33,621 bases of DNA, from positions 1 to 33,621 of IMG/VR virus record IMGVR_UViG_3300033156_000800, one strand, 5' to 3'. Positions 1 to 7,909 of the stretch are shown here, piece by piece; position 1 is the stretch's first letter; every line of letters begins with the position of its first letter. A model generated the notes under the pieces. The model was not told the origin of the DNA and ran no database searches. It was given only the letters and a program-made list of their open reading frames with translations. The stretch is from a virus. Taxonomy: Duplodnaviria; Caudoviricetes. The position numbers and the translations under genes are program-made.

Positions 1-51
1 GTTAAAGTTAATGAAGATTTAGAGGATCTGCTTGAAGAAATCCTATTCTAA
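1..51 (+). CDS. 3' end of a gene truncated by the window edge (...VKVNEDLEDLLEEILF*)
   Basis: Open frame from base 1 to TAA at 49-51, followed directly by the conserved start box of the next gene. Confidence 0.5.
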   Translation, partial: VKVNEDLEDLLEEILF

Positions 52-72
52 AAATTTTTGGGATGTTATAAA

Positions 73-333
73 ATGATAATAAAACCTACGCGATTGGTAT
101 CCTCAAGTGATATTAATGTAATTGAGCAAAAATCCATAGCAAATTGCCAGATTACGTTGCTATCAATTTCACCTGATATTTTCCCAGGCATCACCTATTC
201 GGTTATGATTGGGGCAAAAGGTGGGAATGTTGAAGATGCACTACTTTTCGATGATCTTGATAAGGCTAAAATTTGCTTTAACTGTTCAAAAACTGAATTA
301 GTATCTAATTCCGATTCTTTGAGGATGCGTTAA
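73..333 (+). CDS. Small hypothetical protein, possible distant member of the 3218/3429/4007/17722 family
   Basis: ORF track 58..333; ATG at 73 ends the repeated box AATTTTTGGGATGTTATAAAATG; C-terminal LDKAKICFN resembles IGKAKEFFN of 3429..3614. Confidence 0.6.
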   Translation: MIIKPTRLVSSSDINVIEQKSIANCQITLLSISPDIFPGITYSVMIGAKGGNVEDALLFDDLDKAKICFNCSKTELVSNSDSLRMR

Positions 334-334
334 A

Positions 335-775
335 ATGTTTGTACTAATGAGATTAAAAGAAGATGGGAATTTAGTTCCCCCTGTTGGCACCAATTGTATA
401 TGTAACCCGTCGCATGTTACAAAGGTACTAAAGGAATTCTGGAAGGATTCACCAACAGAGCAGATTGTGGTGATATCACTGAATAGCGCTGGCCAGCCGG
501 TAAATATAAGGGTTGTTTCATCCGGTACAGTTAATGAAGCGGTTGTAACTCCGAGGGAAATTTTTCGGGGGGCACTTCGCGATAACGCATTAAACATTAT
601 CATGGCTCATAACCATCCCGGAGGAAGTAGTATACCATCGTTAGACGATTTAAAGGTCACCCGCCGGTTAATTAAAGCAGGTAGGTTACTGGGTATTGAG
701 GTTAGAGATCATATCATCATTGCGGGGGATGTGGTAACATCACTTAACGCGACCCGCGAAGATCTCTGGGAATAA
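335..775 (+). CDS. radC: RadC-like JAB/MPN domain protein
   Basis: E...SSGTVNEAVVTPREIF, AHNHPGGSSIPSLDD (HxH-x10-D JAMM motif) and DHIII are typical of RadC/UPF0758. Confidence 0.93.
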   Translation: MFVLMRLKEDGNLVPPVGTNCICNPSHVTKVLKEFWKDSPTEQIVVISLNSAGQPVNIRVVSSGTVNEAVVTPREIFRGALRDNALNIIMAHNHPGGSSIPSLDDLKVTRRLIKAGRLLGIEVRDHIIIAGDVVTSLNATREDLWE

Positions 776-777
776 AT

Positions 778-1182
778 ATGATCATTGTAGGAATAGATCC
801 CGGAGGAACAACCGGGATCTGTATTGTTACGGTAAATCCTGATGAGGACCCTACCATCATTGGTATAGAGGCTACCAATAGCAGCGGGGTAGCCAATATT
901 ATTTTTTGTCATGAACCCGATTTAGTAGTTATAGAGGATTATATTATTGGCCCGCGTGCAAGCGTAAGGCAGACGCACGATGCTATAGAAATAATCGGTG
1001 TTGTTGAGTATATCTGTAGTGAGATAAATATACCAGTTATAAGACAGTCACCATCTATTTTATCGCGGGCCCGTAAATTTGTAAAGCGCGATGTCCATAG
1101 TAGCAGACATGTGAAAAGTGCCTATGCCCACATTATATATTACTTGGTGAAAAATGAATTATCTCAGGCTATCACGTGGTAG
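778..1182 (+). CDS. RuvC-like Holliday junction resolvase (RNase H fold)
   Basis: N-terminal IVGIDPGGTTG and PDLVVIED; C-terminal H..SA where RuvC has D..DA. Confidence 0.8.
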   Translation: MIIVGIDPGGTTGICIVTVNPDEDPTIIGIEATNSSGVANIIFCHEPDLVVIEDYIIGPRASVRQTHDAIEIIGVVEYICSEINIPVIRQSPSILSRARKFVKRDVHSSRHVKSAYAHIIYYLVKNELSQAITW

Positions 1183-2725
1183 AATGATACTTAGGGCTAC
1201 ATCGCAGGTCCCTTTCGAATTACATTCATTCCGGAGGGAAGATGGAGCTTACTCTTTTCCAATATGCGGAGATATATACCGTAGACTTGATAACAGTATG
1301 GATCTAACCGTTGATGATAAAATACTTGATGTATTTCACGTTATATCAAATCATCAACGTAAAGTTATGCAGATAGCGGCTATGGATGATACCAATCTGC
1401 AGTATGGAGATAAATTATTCCCATACCAACGGGTGGCGGCCCGGTGGTTGGTCAATGTAAAGCGTGGAATTCTGGCGGATGAACAGGGAACGGGTAAAAC
1501 AGTAGTTGCTCTAGCCGCAGCAAGGATTATTAATCCTAAAAAAGTACTAATAATATGTTCGTCCAGTAAGAAGCAGGATTGGTGCGATCATGTTAAAGAA
1601 TGGATCCCAGGTGCTATGGTTACCAATCTAGATGGATCGCCGGCTGATCGAATGCACATCATAGACTGGTGGGAGGGGTATCTGGTGAGTAATTATGCGA
1701 TGGCGGCAGTTTATATGGAGTCGTTATCTAAGGCGGATCTGGTAATCGTGGATGAAGCGCACAAGGTGAGGAATAAAGCTACCGATGTTTTTAAGGCAAT
1801 TAAAAAGATTACAAAAGGTGACAAACCAGTTTACCTGCTTACGGCATCGCCAACCATCAATATCGCTGGTGATATCTGGACTTTGTTGAATATCTGTGAT
1901 CCAAAACGATTCTCATCATTTTGGGGATTTATATTCAGGTTCTGTTATGTCGAAGAAAACCAATTCAGTATGAAGATACGTGGGGTAAAGAAGGGTGAGG
2001 AGGATAATTTATCTAAGATTATAAAGCCGTACACTCTTATGAGGAGAGATCTGATAAGCCTCCCGGAATGCGAGCATCGGGTATATAATTATAAAATGCC
2101 ACAACGCCAAGCTGAATTATATGCACGGATGGAGCAGGATGGTGAAGTATGTGGAATAATAGCGTTATCAGATCTATCCTTAATAACCAGATTAAGGCAA
2201 CTGGCTCTCCACCCCGGGCTATTTATAGATAAATATGATGGGCCCAGTAAATTAGACGCATTAATCGAGATTATACAGGAGCGTGATTCTCCTGTTGTCG
2301 TCTTTACACAATTTGCTAATCTGGTCATGCTGGCCATTGAGTATCTGGAATATCGAGGGGTAAAAGCCGTGGGGCTTACAGGGGCACTCGGACAGCAGAA
2401 TCGGATAGAAGTAATTAACCGGTTTAAAAGGGGTCAGGTGCAAGTAATTGTTACGACGCATGGTACGGGGGGTGAGGGATTAAACTTGATGGAAGCAGAC
2501 CGGGTTATATTCCTCGATCTGGCATGGCATCCGGCCGGTAATACCCATGCCTTAAAGCGGATAATGCGTATTGGACAAAAGAGTAATCACCTCGAAGCGA
2601 TATACATAAAAACGGAGGGAACTATAGAGGAAGAGGTTTTGAACATTATCAATAACAAAGAACCGGTGACTATTGAGAAGCTGGTAAGGAGTGGTATTCG
2701 TGTTACTAAACATACCTCTAAGTAA
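1154..2725 (+). CDS. SNF2-family (SF2) helicase/ATPase
   Basis: LFPYQ, ILADEQGTGKT (Walker A), VDEAH (Walker B), LTASP, LRQLALHP, GGEGLNL, RIMRIGQ. Confidence 0.93.
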   Translation: MNYLRLSRGRMILRATSQVPFELHSFRREDGAYSFPICGDIYRRLDNSMDLTVDDKILDVFHVISNHQRKVMQIAAMDDTNLQYGDKLFPYQRVAARWLVNVKRGILADEQGTGKTVVALAAARIINPKKVLIICSSSKKQDWCDHVKEWIPGAMVTNLDGSPADRMHIIDWWEGYLVSNYAMAAVYMESLSKADLVIVDEAHKVRNKATDVFKAIKKITKGDKPVYLLTASPTINIAGDIWTLLNICDPKRFSSFWGFIFRFCYVEENQFSMKIRGVKKGEEDNLSKIIKPYTLMRRDLISLPECEHRVYNYKMPQRQAELYARMEQDGEVCGIIALSDLSLITRLRQLALHPGLFIDKYDGPSKLDALIEIIQERDSPVVVFTQFANLVMLAIEYLEYRGVKAVGLTGALGQQNRIEVINRFKRGQVQVIVTTHGTGGEGLNLMEADRVIFLDLAWHPAGNTHALKRIMRIGQKSNHLEAIYIKTEGTIEEEVLNIINNKEPVTIEKLVRSGIRVTKHTSK

Positions 2726-2950
2726 CACATCGTGCTACGCCGTAGTATGCGGTAATATATACGAGGGATATACCTCCGGATTGCGTTTTGTGTTATTTAG
2801 AGCAAATCCGTAACATGATGTGTTACTCATCGTTTAGTAAGTAGCACGGTGTAATATCTGAAGCAGGAATTGTGATAATATGACCGAAAAGAATTTAGTT
2901 TCGGAAGTTGATAAAAAGTTAGGCAGTTGAGGAATGTCAGTGTTACTGAC
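2700..2950. repeat. Intergenic element with nested inverted repeats and GTGTTACT at 120-bp intervals
   Basis: GTGTTACT at 2700, 2820, 2940 and inverted at 2721; inverted pairs 2703-2711/2832-2840, 2721-2739/2809-2827 and 2727-2738/2841-2852. Confidence 0.75.
2884..2905 (+). promoter_or_regulatory. Shared promoter/operator-like motif, copy 1
   Basis: GAAAAGAATTTAGTTTCGGA (2886-2905) is identical to 17978-17997; here it is framed as the dyad CCGAAA-N9-TTTCGG. Confidence 0.6.
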
Positions 2951-2981
2951 TACTAACCAATTGCTTTGAGGTATGTATAAA

Positions 2982-3185
2982 ATGTTAGTTCGTGTAACGC
3001 ATAATGATGGAAGCCATACATTTTTCGGCACTGATTGCGATGCTGTTGGAGAGACACTGGTAGCGCTTGGGTTCGAGGATCACCATGAAATGGGACTTCA
3101 CCTTTTCCATACAGAAAGTGTACAGACTGCCCAGCTGCAGGTTGCTAACCTGCGGGCCCTTGGCGTAACAGTAAACGAGGAATAA
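2982..3185 (+). CDS. Hypothetical protein
   Basis: ORF track 2973..3185; GAGGT plus start box favour ATG 2982. Confidence 0.65.
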   Translation: MLVRVTHNDGSHTFFGTDCDAVGETLVALGFEDHHEMGLHLFHTESVQTAQLQVANLRALGVTVNEE

Positions 3186-3217
3186 TCTTATTTCTATAAT
3201 TTTTGGAGTGTTATAAA

Positions 3218-3409
3218 ATGTCAAGATGGAAAATTCTTAAAGAAGCGCTTGTTAATGGTGGTGGACGTGTAACGGTAGAAAAGCATGAAAAGCTTGGTGG
3301 TGTATTAACTGTTCTTTACAATGGGAATAATAATATCCTATTTATACGGGCATGCACGGATGAAGATCAGGATCTGCTTTTCAACCTTATGAAGACAGGT
3401 TCACTGTAA
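3218..3409 (+). CDS. Small hypothetical protein, paralogue family A
   Basis: MSRWKILK...GRVTVEK...LY...FNLMKTGSL aligns with the next gene; start box ends at ATG 3218. Confidence 0.75.
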   Translation: MSRWKILKEALVNGGGRVTVEKHEKLGGVLTVLYNGNNNILFIRACTDEDQDLLFNLMKTGSL

Positions 3410-3428
3410 ATTTTGGGGATGTATTAAA

Positions 3429-3614
3429 ATGTCATGGAAAGTAGTAAAAAAGGGTATCATCTCTGATAATGGTACCGTAACAATCGAAAAAAACGACGCA
3501 GATCGATTTATCGTATGCCTATACGATGATGGAGCACTGCTATATCTGCAGGGCTTTTTAGATATAGGTAAGGCAAAGGAATTTTTTAACATGTTACGCA
3601 TGGGTTCATTATGA
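3429..3614 (+). CDS. Small hypothetical protein, paralogue family A
   Basis: MSWKVVKK...GTVTIEK...LY...FNMLRMGSL; same start box. Confidence 0.75.
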   Translation: MSWKVVKKGIISDNGTVTIEKNDADRFIVCLYDDGALLYLQGFLDIGKAKEFFNMLRMGSL

Positions 3615-3784
3615 TAGAAACAAAGTATAAAAAAATATACCAGTGCATCGGGTGTGAACGACACTGTGTTGTAGCCAGTTATAGTGATGGTATTGGATTT
3701 CCCGACATCGGGCAGTTTAAATGTATTAAAGGTAATACTACATGGGTAAGGGTACCTGAAATGACTTTGAAGGTGGAAAAATGA
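3611..3784 (+). CDS. Small Cys-containing hypothetical protein (57 aa, absent from ORF track)
   Basis: MIETKYKKIYQCIGCERHC...KCIKG...KVEK*; ATGA overlaps with both neighbours. Confidence 0.65.
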   Translation: MIETKYKKIYQCIGCERHCVVASYSDGIGFPDIGQFKCIKGNTTWVRVPEMTLKVEK

Positions 3785-3996
3785 GTTATGCGGTATATAA
3801 GGATCCCGGAGAGTATCACGAAGTTAATACCCTTAGAGAAGTTAAAAAATTAATGAAGGGGCTATATCCTGAATTAAAAATTAAAACTTGGGGATTATTA
3901 CGGACTATCAACACCGAGGGCGTCGCGTATTATTATGATACACCGGAGCCCACGGATTTTGAGATCACCGGTTATGTTAGAATGGCTATTAAATGA
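3781..3996 (+). CDS. Hypothetical protein
   Basis: ORF with AAGGTGG upstream; translationally coupled to the previous gene. Confidence 0.65.
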   Translation: MSYAVYKDPGEYHEVNTLREVKKLMKGLYPELKIKTWGLLRTINTEGVAYYYDTPEPTDFEITGYVRMAIK

Positions 3997-4006
3997 GGAA
4001 TGAAAT

Positions 4007-4213
4007 ATGACAACATCAACGGTATTACTTAAGCAATCTTTGCACCGGGGTAAAATAGTTGAACTCTTTAAATCATCGCCAAAGTGCTACTCCGTAACAG
4101 TTAGGTATAGGGATAATAGCGAATTGCTGTTCGAATTTTATACTCATTCATACATTGAAGCATCGACAAAGTATACCACAACCGGAAGGAAAGCTCAAGC
4201 AGGGTTTATATGA
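4007..4213 (+). CDS. Hypothetical protein, possible distant member of family A
   Basis: GAGGA RBS; LKQSLHRGKIVEL...KCYSVTVRY...F pattern resembles family A. Confidence 0.6.
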   Translation: MTTSTVLLKQSLHRGKIVELFKSSPKCYSVTVRYRDNSELLFEFYTHSYIEASTKYTTTGRKAQAGFI

Positions 4214-4407
4214 CTAACGAGTATACTACCGTACTAGGAAGAATGCTTAGATGCAACGGGGTAGGTCCCGAAGATTTGTCCCCGTGTGGAGGATGTGTAA
4301 TAAGTACGATGAGTGCGGAACCAACATATATTGAAGCACTTAGTATCTATTATGTATTATCGGTAGATATGTATGAAAATACTAAATCAATGGAGTTAGG
4401 GTTATGA
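4210..4407 (+). CDS. Hypothetical protein
   Basis: ATGA overlaps at both ends; CxxC. Confidence 0.55.
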   Translation: MTNEYTTVLGRMLRCNGVGPEDLSPCGGCVISTMSAEPTYIEALSIYYVLSVDMYENTKSMELGL

Positions 4408-4586
4408 AGTTTAAGTGCGAAATTTGTGGGCGTATAAACGTGGTAGAATGGAATGATATATTAAGTGATATATTAGTACCGGAATCACAAATTAGGGATA
4501 TCGTAGAAAACCGGGGTGGTAAGCTAAAACTGTGGTGTAAACAATGCGACACGGTTACATACCATACGGTAGTTGGGGATGAATAA
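4404..4586 (+). CDS. Zn-ribbon-like protein, paralogue family B
   Basis: MKFKCEICG...LWCKQC...H matches MKFECAVCG...CWCDKC...H of 5055 and 5399. Confidence 0.7.
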   Translation: MKFKCEICGRINVVEWNDILSDILVPESQIRDIVENRGGKLKLWCKQCDTVTYHTVVGDE

Positions 4587-4587
4587 T

Positions 4588-4803
4588 ATGAAAATTAAAG
4601 AAATTACACAGCAATGTAGAAGGGATTTCTACGCAATTTATGAATGTGAGCATTGTGGGTATGAAGTTAAAGGGCAAGGTTACGATGATAGGAATTTCCA
4701 TGAGAATGTAATCCCGAATATGATATGCCCGGTTTGTGGGAGAAAAGCGGTGTGGGATTATGTTCCCAGAGCCACAAAATACCCGGATGATGAGGTAGTA
4801 TAA
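4588..4803 (+). CDS. Zn-finger hypothetical phage protein
   Basis: RRDFYAIYECEHCG...GYDD.NFH...IPNMICPVCG with two CxxC; start could be 4573, 4579 or 4588. Confidence 0.7.
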   Translation: MKIKEITQQCRRDFYAIYECEHCGYEVKGQGYDDRNFHENVIPNMICPVCGRKAVWDYVPRATKYPDDEVV

Positions 4804-4806
4804 AGT

Positions 4807-5058
4807 ATGAAAATGATGGAGCAGGAAGAAATTAAATTCGGGATCACATTTGGGGCACTGTCTCCAGAAATTAGCGAACAGTTAAAAGAACAGGGGTTAT
4901 GTATGCCAAACCGGAAGATGGTTAATTATTTTGACTCTTTATATAACGCGCTTGATGTGGTAGACATGTGCGCTATACTACCCGATCCTGTATTACATAC
5001 AGCGCGGGCAAAGATGATCAAGCAGATAAAACCACATATTCGGAGGATTAAGCTATGA
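4807..5058 (+). CDS. Hypothetical protein
   Basis: GAGGT RBS; ATGA overlap with the next gene. Confidence 0.65.
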   Translation: MKMMEQEEIKFGITFGALSPEISEQLKEQGLCMPNRKMVNYFDSLYNALDVVDMCAILPDPVLHTARAKMIKQIKPHIRRIKL

Positions 5059-5402
5059 AATTTGAATGTGCTGTATGCGGTACAGAAACAGGAGTGTTAT
5101 TCTTTAAAACCTCCCCGCCAACTGCGGAGGAAATCGTTGCGATTGGGGTATATAAGAGTATAAAAAAATTTCTTGAAACTATCCCGCCAACCACTAAAGA
5201 AATTAGTGACGCGATTATTGTTACGGATGAGGATAACGTGCGGGTATTCTGCTGGTGTGACAAATGCCATGGTATACACTTACATAAGATCCTTGATGGT
5301 GAGGCTAAAAAATACGCCCCGCAGGATACCGATAAACATGAAATTACTGGTGATGAGGCTATAAGGTATAATCAGAAAATTTCAAGGTGGAATGGGATAT
5401 GA
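5055..5402 (+). CDS. Zn-ribbon-like protein, paralogue family B (internal duplication)
   Basis: CAVC and CDKC; nearly identical blocks to the following gene; repeated TSPPTAEEI / TIPPTTKEI. Confidence 0.75.
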   Translation: MKFECAVCGTETGVLFFKTSPPTAEEIVAIGVYKSIKKFLETIPPTTKEISDAIIVTDEDNVRVFCWCDKCHGIHLHKILDGEAKKYAPQDTDKHEITGDEAIRYNQKISRWNGI

Positions 5403-5638
5403 AGTTTGAATGTGTTGTATGCGGTGCAGAAACAGGGGTGTTATTCTTTGAATCTTCTTTATTAACTGCGAAAGAAATCGGTAATGCAATCATTATTACG
5501 GATGAAGGTAATGTGCGGGTATTCTGCTGGTGCGATAAGTGTAATGGAATACAGTTGCATAAGATCCTTGATGGTGAATTAACAGATCCTCTCGATCATT
5601 TAAAGTTAGGATCACGAGACGTAGAGATATGGAGTTAG
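5399..5638 (+). CDS. Zn-ribbon-like protein, paralogue family B
   Basis: MKFECVVCGAETGVLFF...NVRVFCWCDKC...LHKILDGE; ATG 5399 overlaps the stop of the previous copy. Confidence 0.75.
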   Translation: MKFECVVCGAETGVLFFESSLLTAKEIGNAIIITDEGNVRVFCWCDKCNGIQLHKILDGELTDPLDHLKLGSRDVEIWS

Positions 5639-5642
5639 AATT

Positions 5643-5897
5643 ATGGGTGAAGAAGTATTAAACGATCGCAGGTGTGACAAGTGCGCCTGTTGGGTCCGGC
5701 TTACGGAGGATAACCATAAGGATAGTTATATACTTGGGCATTGCAAAAGCCTCCCACCGGTAGTAATAATGATTAACGGGGAACCCGAGACCATATACCC
5801 TTTAACATCTTATCAGGGTGGGTGTATAAAAAATTTTATTCTGAAGAAGTTTGCTCCAAAAATTCAATCCAAATCATCGGTATCAAAAGTGAATTAG
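5643..5897 (+). CDS. Cys-rich hypothetical protein
   Basis: CDKCACW...GHCKSLPP...YP.T....GC pattern, like small HiPIP-like phage proteins. Confidence 0.65.
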   Translation: MGEEVLNDRRCDKCACWVRLTEDNHKDSYILGHCKSLPPVVIMINGEPETIYPLTSYQGGCIKNFILKKFAPKIQSKSSVSKVN

Positions 5898-5936
5898 GTA
5901 ATCAGGCCATCTGAGGTTCAACTCCTCAAATTCATA
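5889..5936 (+). ncRNA. tRNA-like minihelix (acceptor stem plus T-arm), candidate processing element
   Basis: GTGAATT 5889-5895 pairs with AATTCAT 5929-5935; T-stem TGAGG/CCTCA with 7-nt loop TTCAACT; only 16 nt where D and anticodon arms would be. Confidence 0.45.
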
Positions 5937-5968
5937 TTCCCTCGAGAGAGGGGGAGGTTTTAGAAAGA

Positions 5969-6832
5969 ATGTTGAAAACTATAAGCCCGTCACAGATGGA
6001 TGCGATGTCATGCCGGTTTGCATGGCACCTGGCCTATCCAATGGGTTATAAGCCAAGAAGAGTATCTTCTGCCCTATCTTTAGGTATAGGGGTGCATGAA
6101 GCCCTTGATTACTACTACAGTGAAAAGGGACACCCACGAGAGCGGTTTAAAGTATGGTCAGATGAAAAGATTAAATCTATCAACCCACAATATGATGATG
6201 ATATTCAAAAAATGCATGACATTCAGGATCTTGGAACTGCTATGTTAAACGGGTATTATGATCTTTATGACGGTAAAGATGACTTTGATATTATCGCTAC
6301 CGAACAGACCTTAAGCAGGCCAATACCGATACCGAGCACGGGTGCACGTTCTCACTGTAAACTTGTAGCCAGACTGGATGGTCTGGTCCGTGACCATGAA
6401 ACAGGTAAACTGTGGAGTCTTGAACATAAAACGTTTAGAAGCTTTAGCTTATCTCAACTGGAACTTAACCAGCAATTTACCGCTCAGATATGGTTAGGCC
6501 AAGGTTTAGCTAAATCGATGGGCATAGATGAGCCTGTGGTAGGCGTAATTTATAATGGATTACGTAAACAGAAACCCGGGCCACGTGTGAAATTGAAGCT
6601 ATTCGAACGACACAAGTTATACCGCACCCAACGCCACATTGACACGATGTTGCACCGCGCGTATTGGCAGTATAGGGAGATGAACAAAAAGAACCTGCCA
6701 ATATACCCACAACCAAACCCGATTAGATGTAGTGGCTGTTCATACAAAGAGGTATGTATTGAATACCAGCGCGGGGGAGACTGGCAGTATTTGTTAAAGG
6801 AAAATTTTGATAGGAGGAAACGTGACCGCTAA
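5969..6832 (+). CDS. PD-(D/E)XK nuclease, Cas4/RecB-like with probable Fe-S cluster
   Basis: ISPSQ...C..AW, G.GVHEAL, E, RLDGLV, LEHKT, C-terminal CSGCSYKEVC. Confidence 0.85.
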   Translation: MLKTISPSQMDAMSCRFAWHLAYPMGYKPRRVSSALSLGIGVHEALDYYYSEKGHPRERFKVWSDEKIKSINPQYDDDIQKMHDIQDLGTAMLNGYYDLYDGKDDFDIIATEQTLSRPIPIPSTGARSHCKLVARLDGLVRDHETGKLWSLEHKTFRSFSLSQLELNQQFTAQIWLGQGLAKSMGIDEPVVGVIYNGLRKQKPGPRVKLKLFERHKLYRTQRHIDTMLHRAYWQYREMNKKNLPIYPQPNPIRCSGCSYKEVCIEYQRGGDWQYLLKENFDRRKRDR

Positions 6833-7700
6833 GGTTAAAATTAGTAAACCTGAAGTTGATATTGATACCAGCATCAGTAGGCCTGCAATTGATATTAACA
6901 GTCAGGTCGCGGATGTAGAGGACAGAAGTATGATTGTCGATGTAGATATAGAAAGGCCAGAGGATTCAAGCCACATAAATATGATTATTTATGGCGAATC
7001 CGGTTCTGGAAAGACATACCTGGGTGGAACTGCTCAGGACTGTGAGGACGCAAGTCCTGTATTGTATATAGATTTTGAGGGTGGTACCGAAACCTTACGC
7101 GGGAAACCGATTGATATTGTTCGACCTAAAAACTGGATCGATATCCAAAATATTTATGATTTTTTAGTAAACGAAAATGATAAATACAGATCGGTTGTAA
7201 TTGATTCTTTAACTGAATTGCAGAAAAAATTAAGTATGGGGTCAATCCTTGGAGAACTTGGCCCGGATACTGATCGGTATCTGCACCTGGAACGGGCTAT
7301 CGCCCCAACTATATCTGACTGGCTGCGATCCGGGGAACAGATGAGGAAAGTTATGAGAGCCTTCAGGGATCTGGCCTATTTATCTGATAGGGATAGGAGG
7401 GTTCACGTTGTAATGCTTGCGCAGGAGAAAGCAGATGACAAAAAGGGGGTAGTTTGCCCTAGCCTGCCCGGTGCCCTCGGTGTAGACTGTGGTGCCATGG
7501 TTGATATTCTGGCGCGGCTTTCAAGGCGTACCATTACGGATGACGATGGTAACACTACAACGCGTAGCCATCTGTTAACCGATGTGTATACGGACCAGTT
7601 GGATGTCAGATACCTGGCCAAAAACCGTGGCGGGCGGCTACCATTATCGATATGGGATCCGACGATTGAAAAAATTTTGGAGCTCAGGAATGTGAAATGA
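6822..7700 (+). CDS. AAA_24 / Sak4-like P-loop ATPase (recombination/strand annealing)
   Basis: IYGESGSGKT, LYIDFEGG, VVIDSLTELQ, AKNR; GTG 6822 follows AGGAGG. Confidence 0.85.
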   Translation: MTAKVKISKPEVDIDTSISRPAIDINSQVADVEDRSMIVDVDIERPEDSSHINMIIYGESGSGKTYLGGTAQDCEDASPVLYIDFEGGTETLRGKPIDIVRPKNWIDIQNIYDFLVNENDKYRSVVIDSLTELQKKLSMGSILGELGPDTDRYLHLERAIAPTISDWLRSGEQMRKVMRAFRDLAYLSDRDRRVHVVMLAQEKADDKKGVVCPSLPGALGVDCGAMVDILARLSRRTITDDDGNTTTRSHLLTDVYTDQLDVRYLAKNRGGRLPLSIWDPTIEKILELRNVK

Positions 7701-7909
7701 ATCTAAATAAAGCAGTTGCATTACTAAGAACTGCCCAGATGAATGTGGAACAGGCAGAAATCCTGATCTTTAACAGCGGATTGCCGGAGGATGATATAAA
7801 TGAGCTGGTGGTTTATTGTCAGAACAATAAGCATCACATCGGGCTCACTACGGTAAAACTAAAAGGGTTAACGCTGGGTAGGGATGGCGAAGTAAAGCTT
7901 ATAGAATAA
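7697..7909 (+). CDS. Hypothetical protein
   Basis: ATGA overlap with the ATPase stop. Confidence 0.6.
   Translation: MNLNKAVALLRTAQMNVEQAEILIFNSGLPEDDINELVVYCQNNKHHIGLTTVKLKGLTLGRDGEVKLIE

Noticed and set aside
2727-2852. Hammerhead or other known self-cleaving ribozyme
   Set aside because: No intact CUGANGA/GAAA core in suitable stem context on either strand
2834-3031. Minus-strand 65-aa ORF across the intergenic element
   Set aside because: Overlaps a plus-strand gene and repeat DNA, with no RBS or recognisable motif
5889-5936. Functional tRNA gene
   Set aside because: Only 48 nt, with no D arm or anticodon arm; kept as a tRNA-like element
5969-6832. CRISPR adaptation cas4
   Set aside because: No cas1/cas2; the ATPase and DUF669 neighbours indicate a phage recombination module
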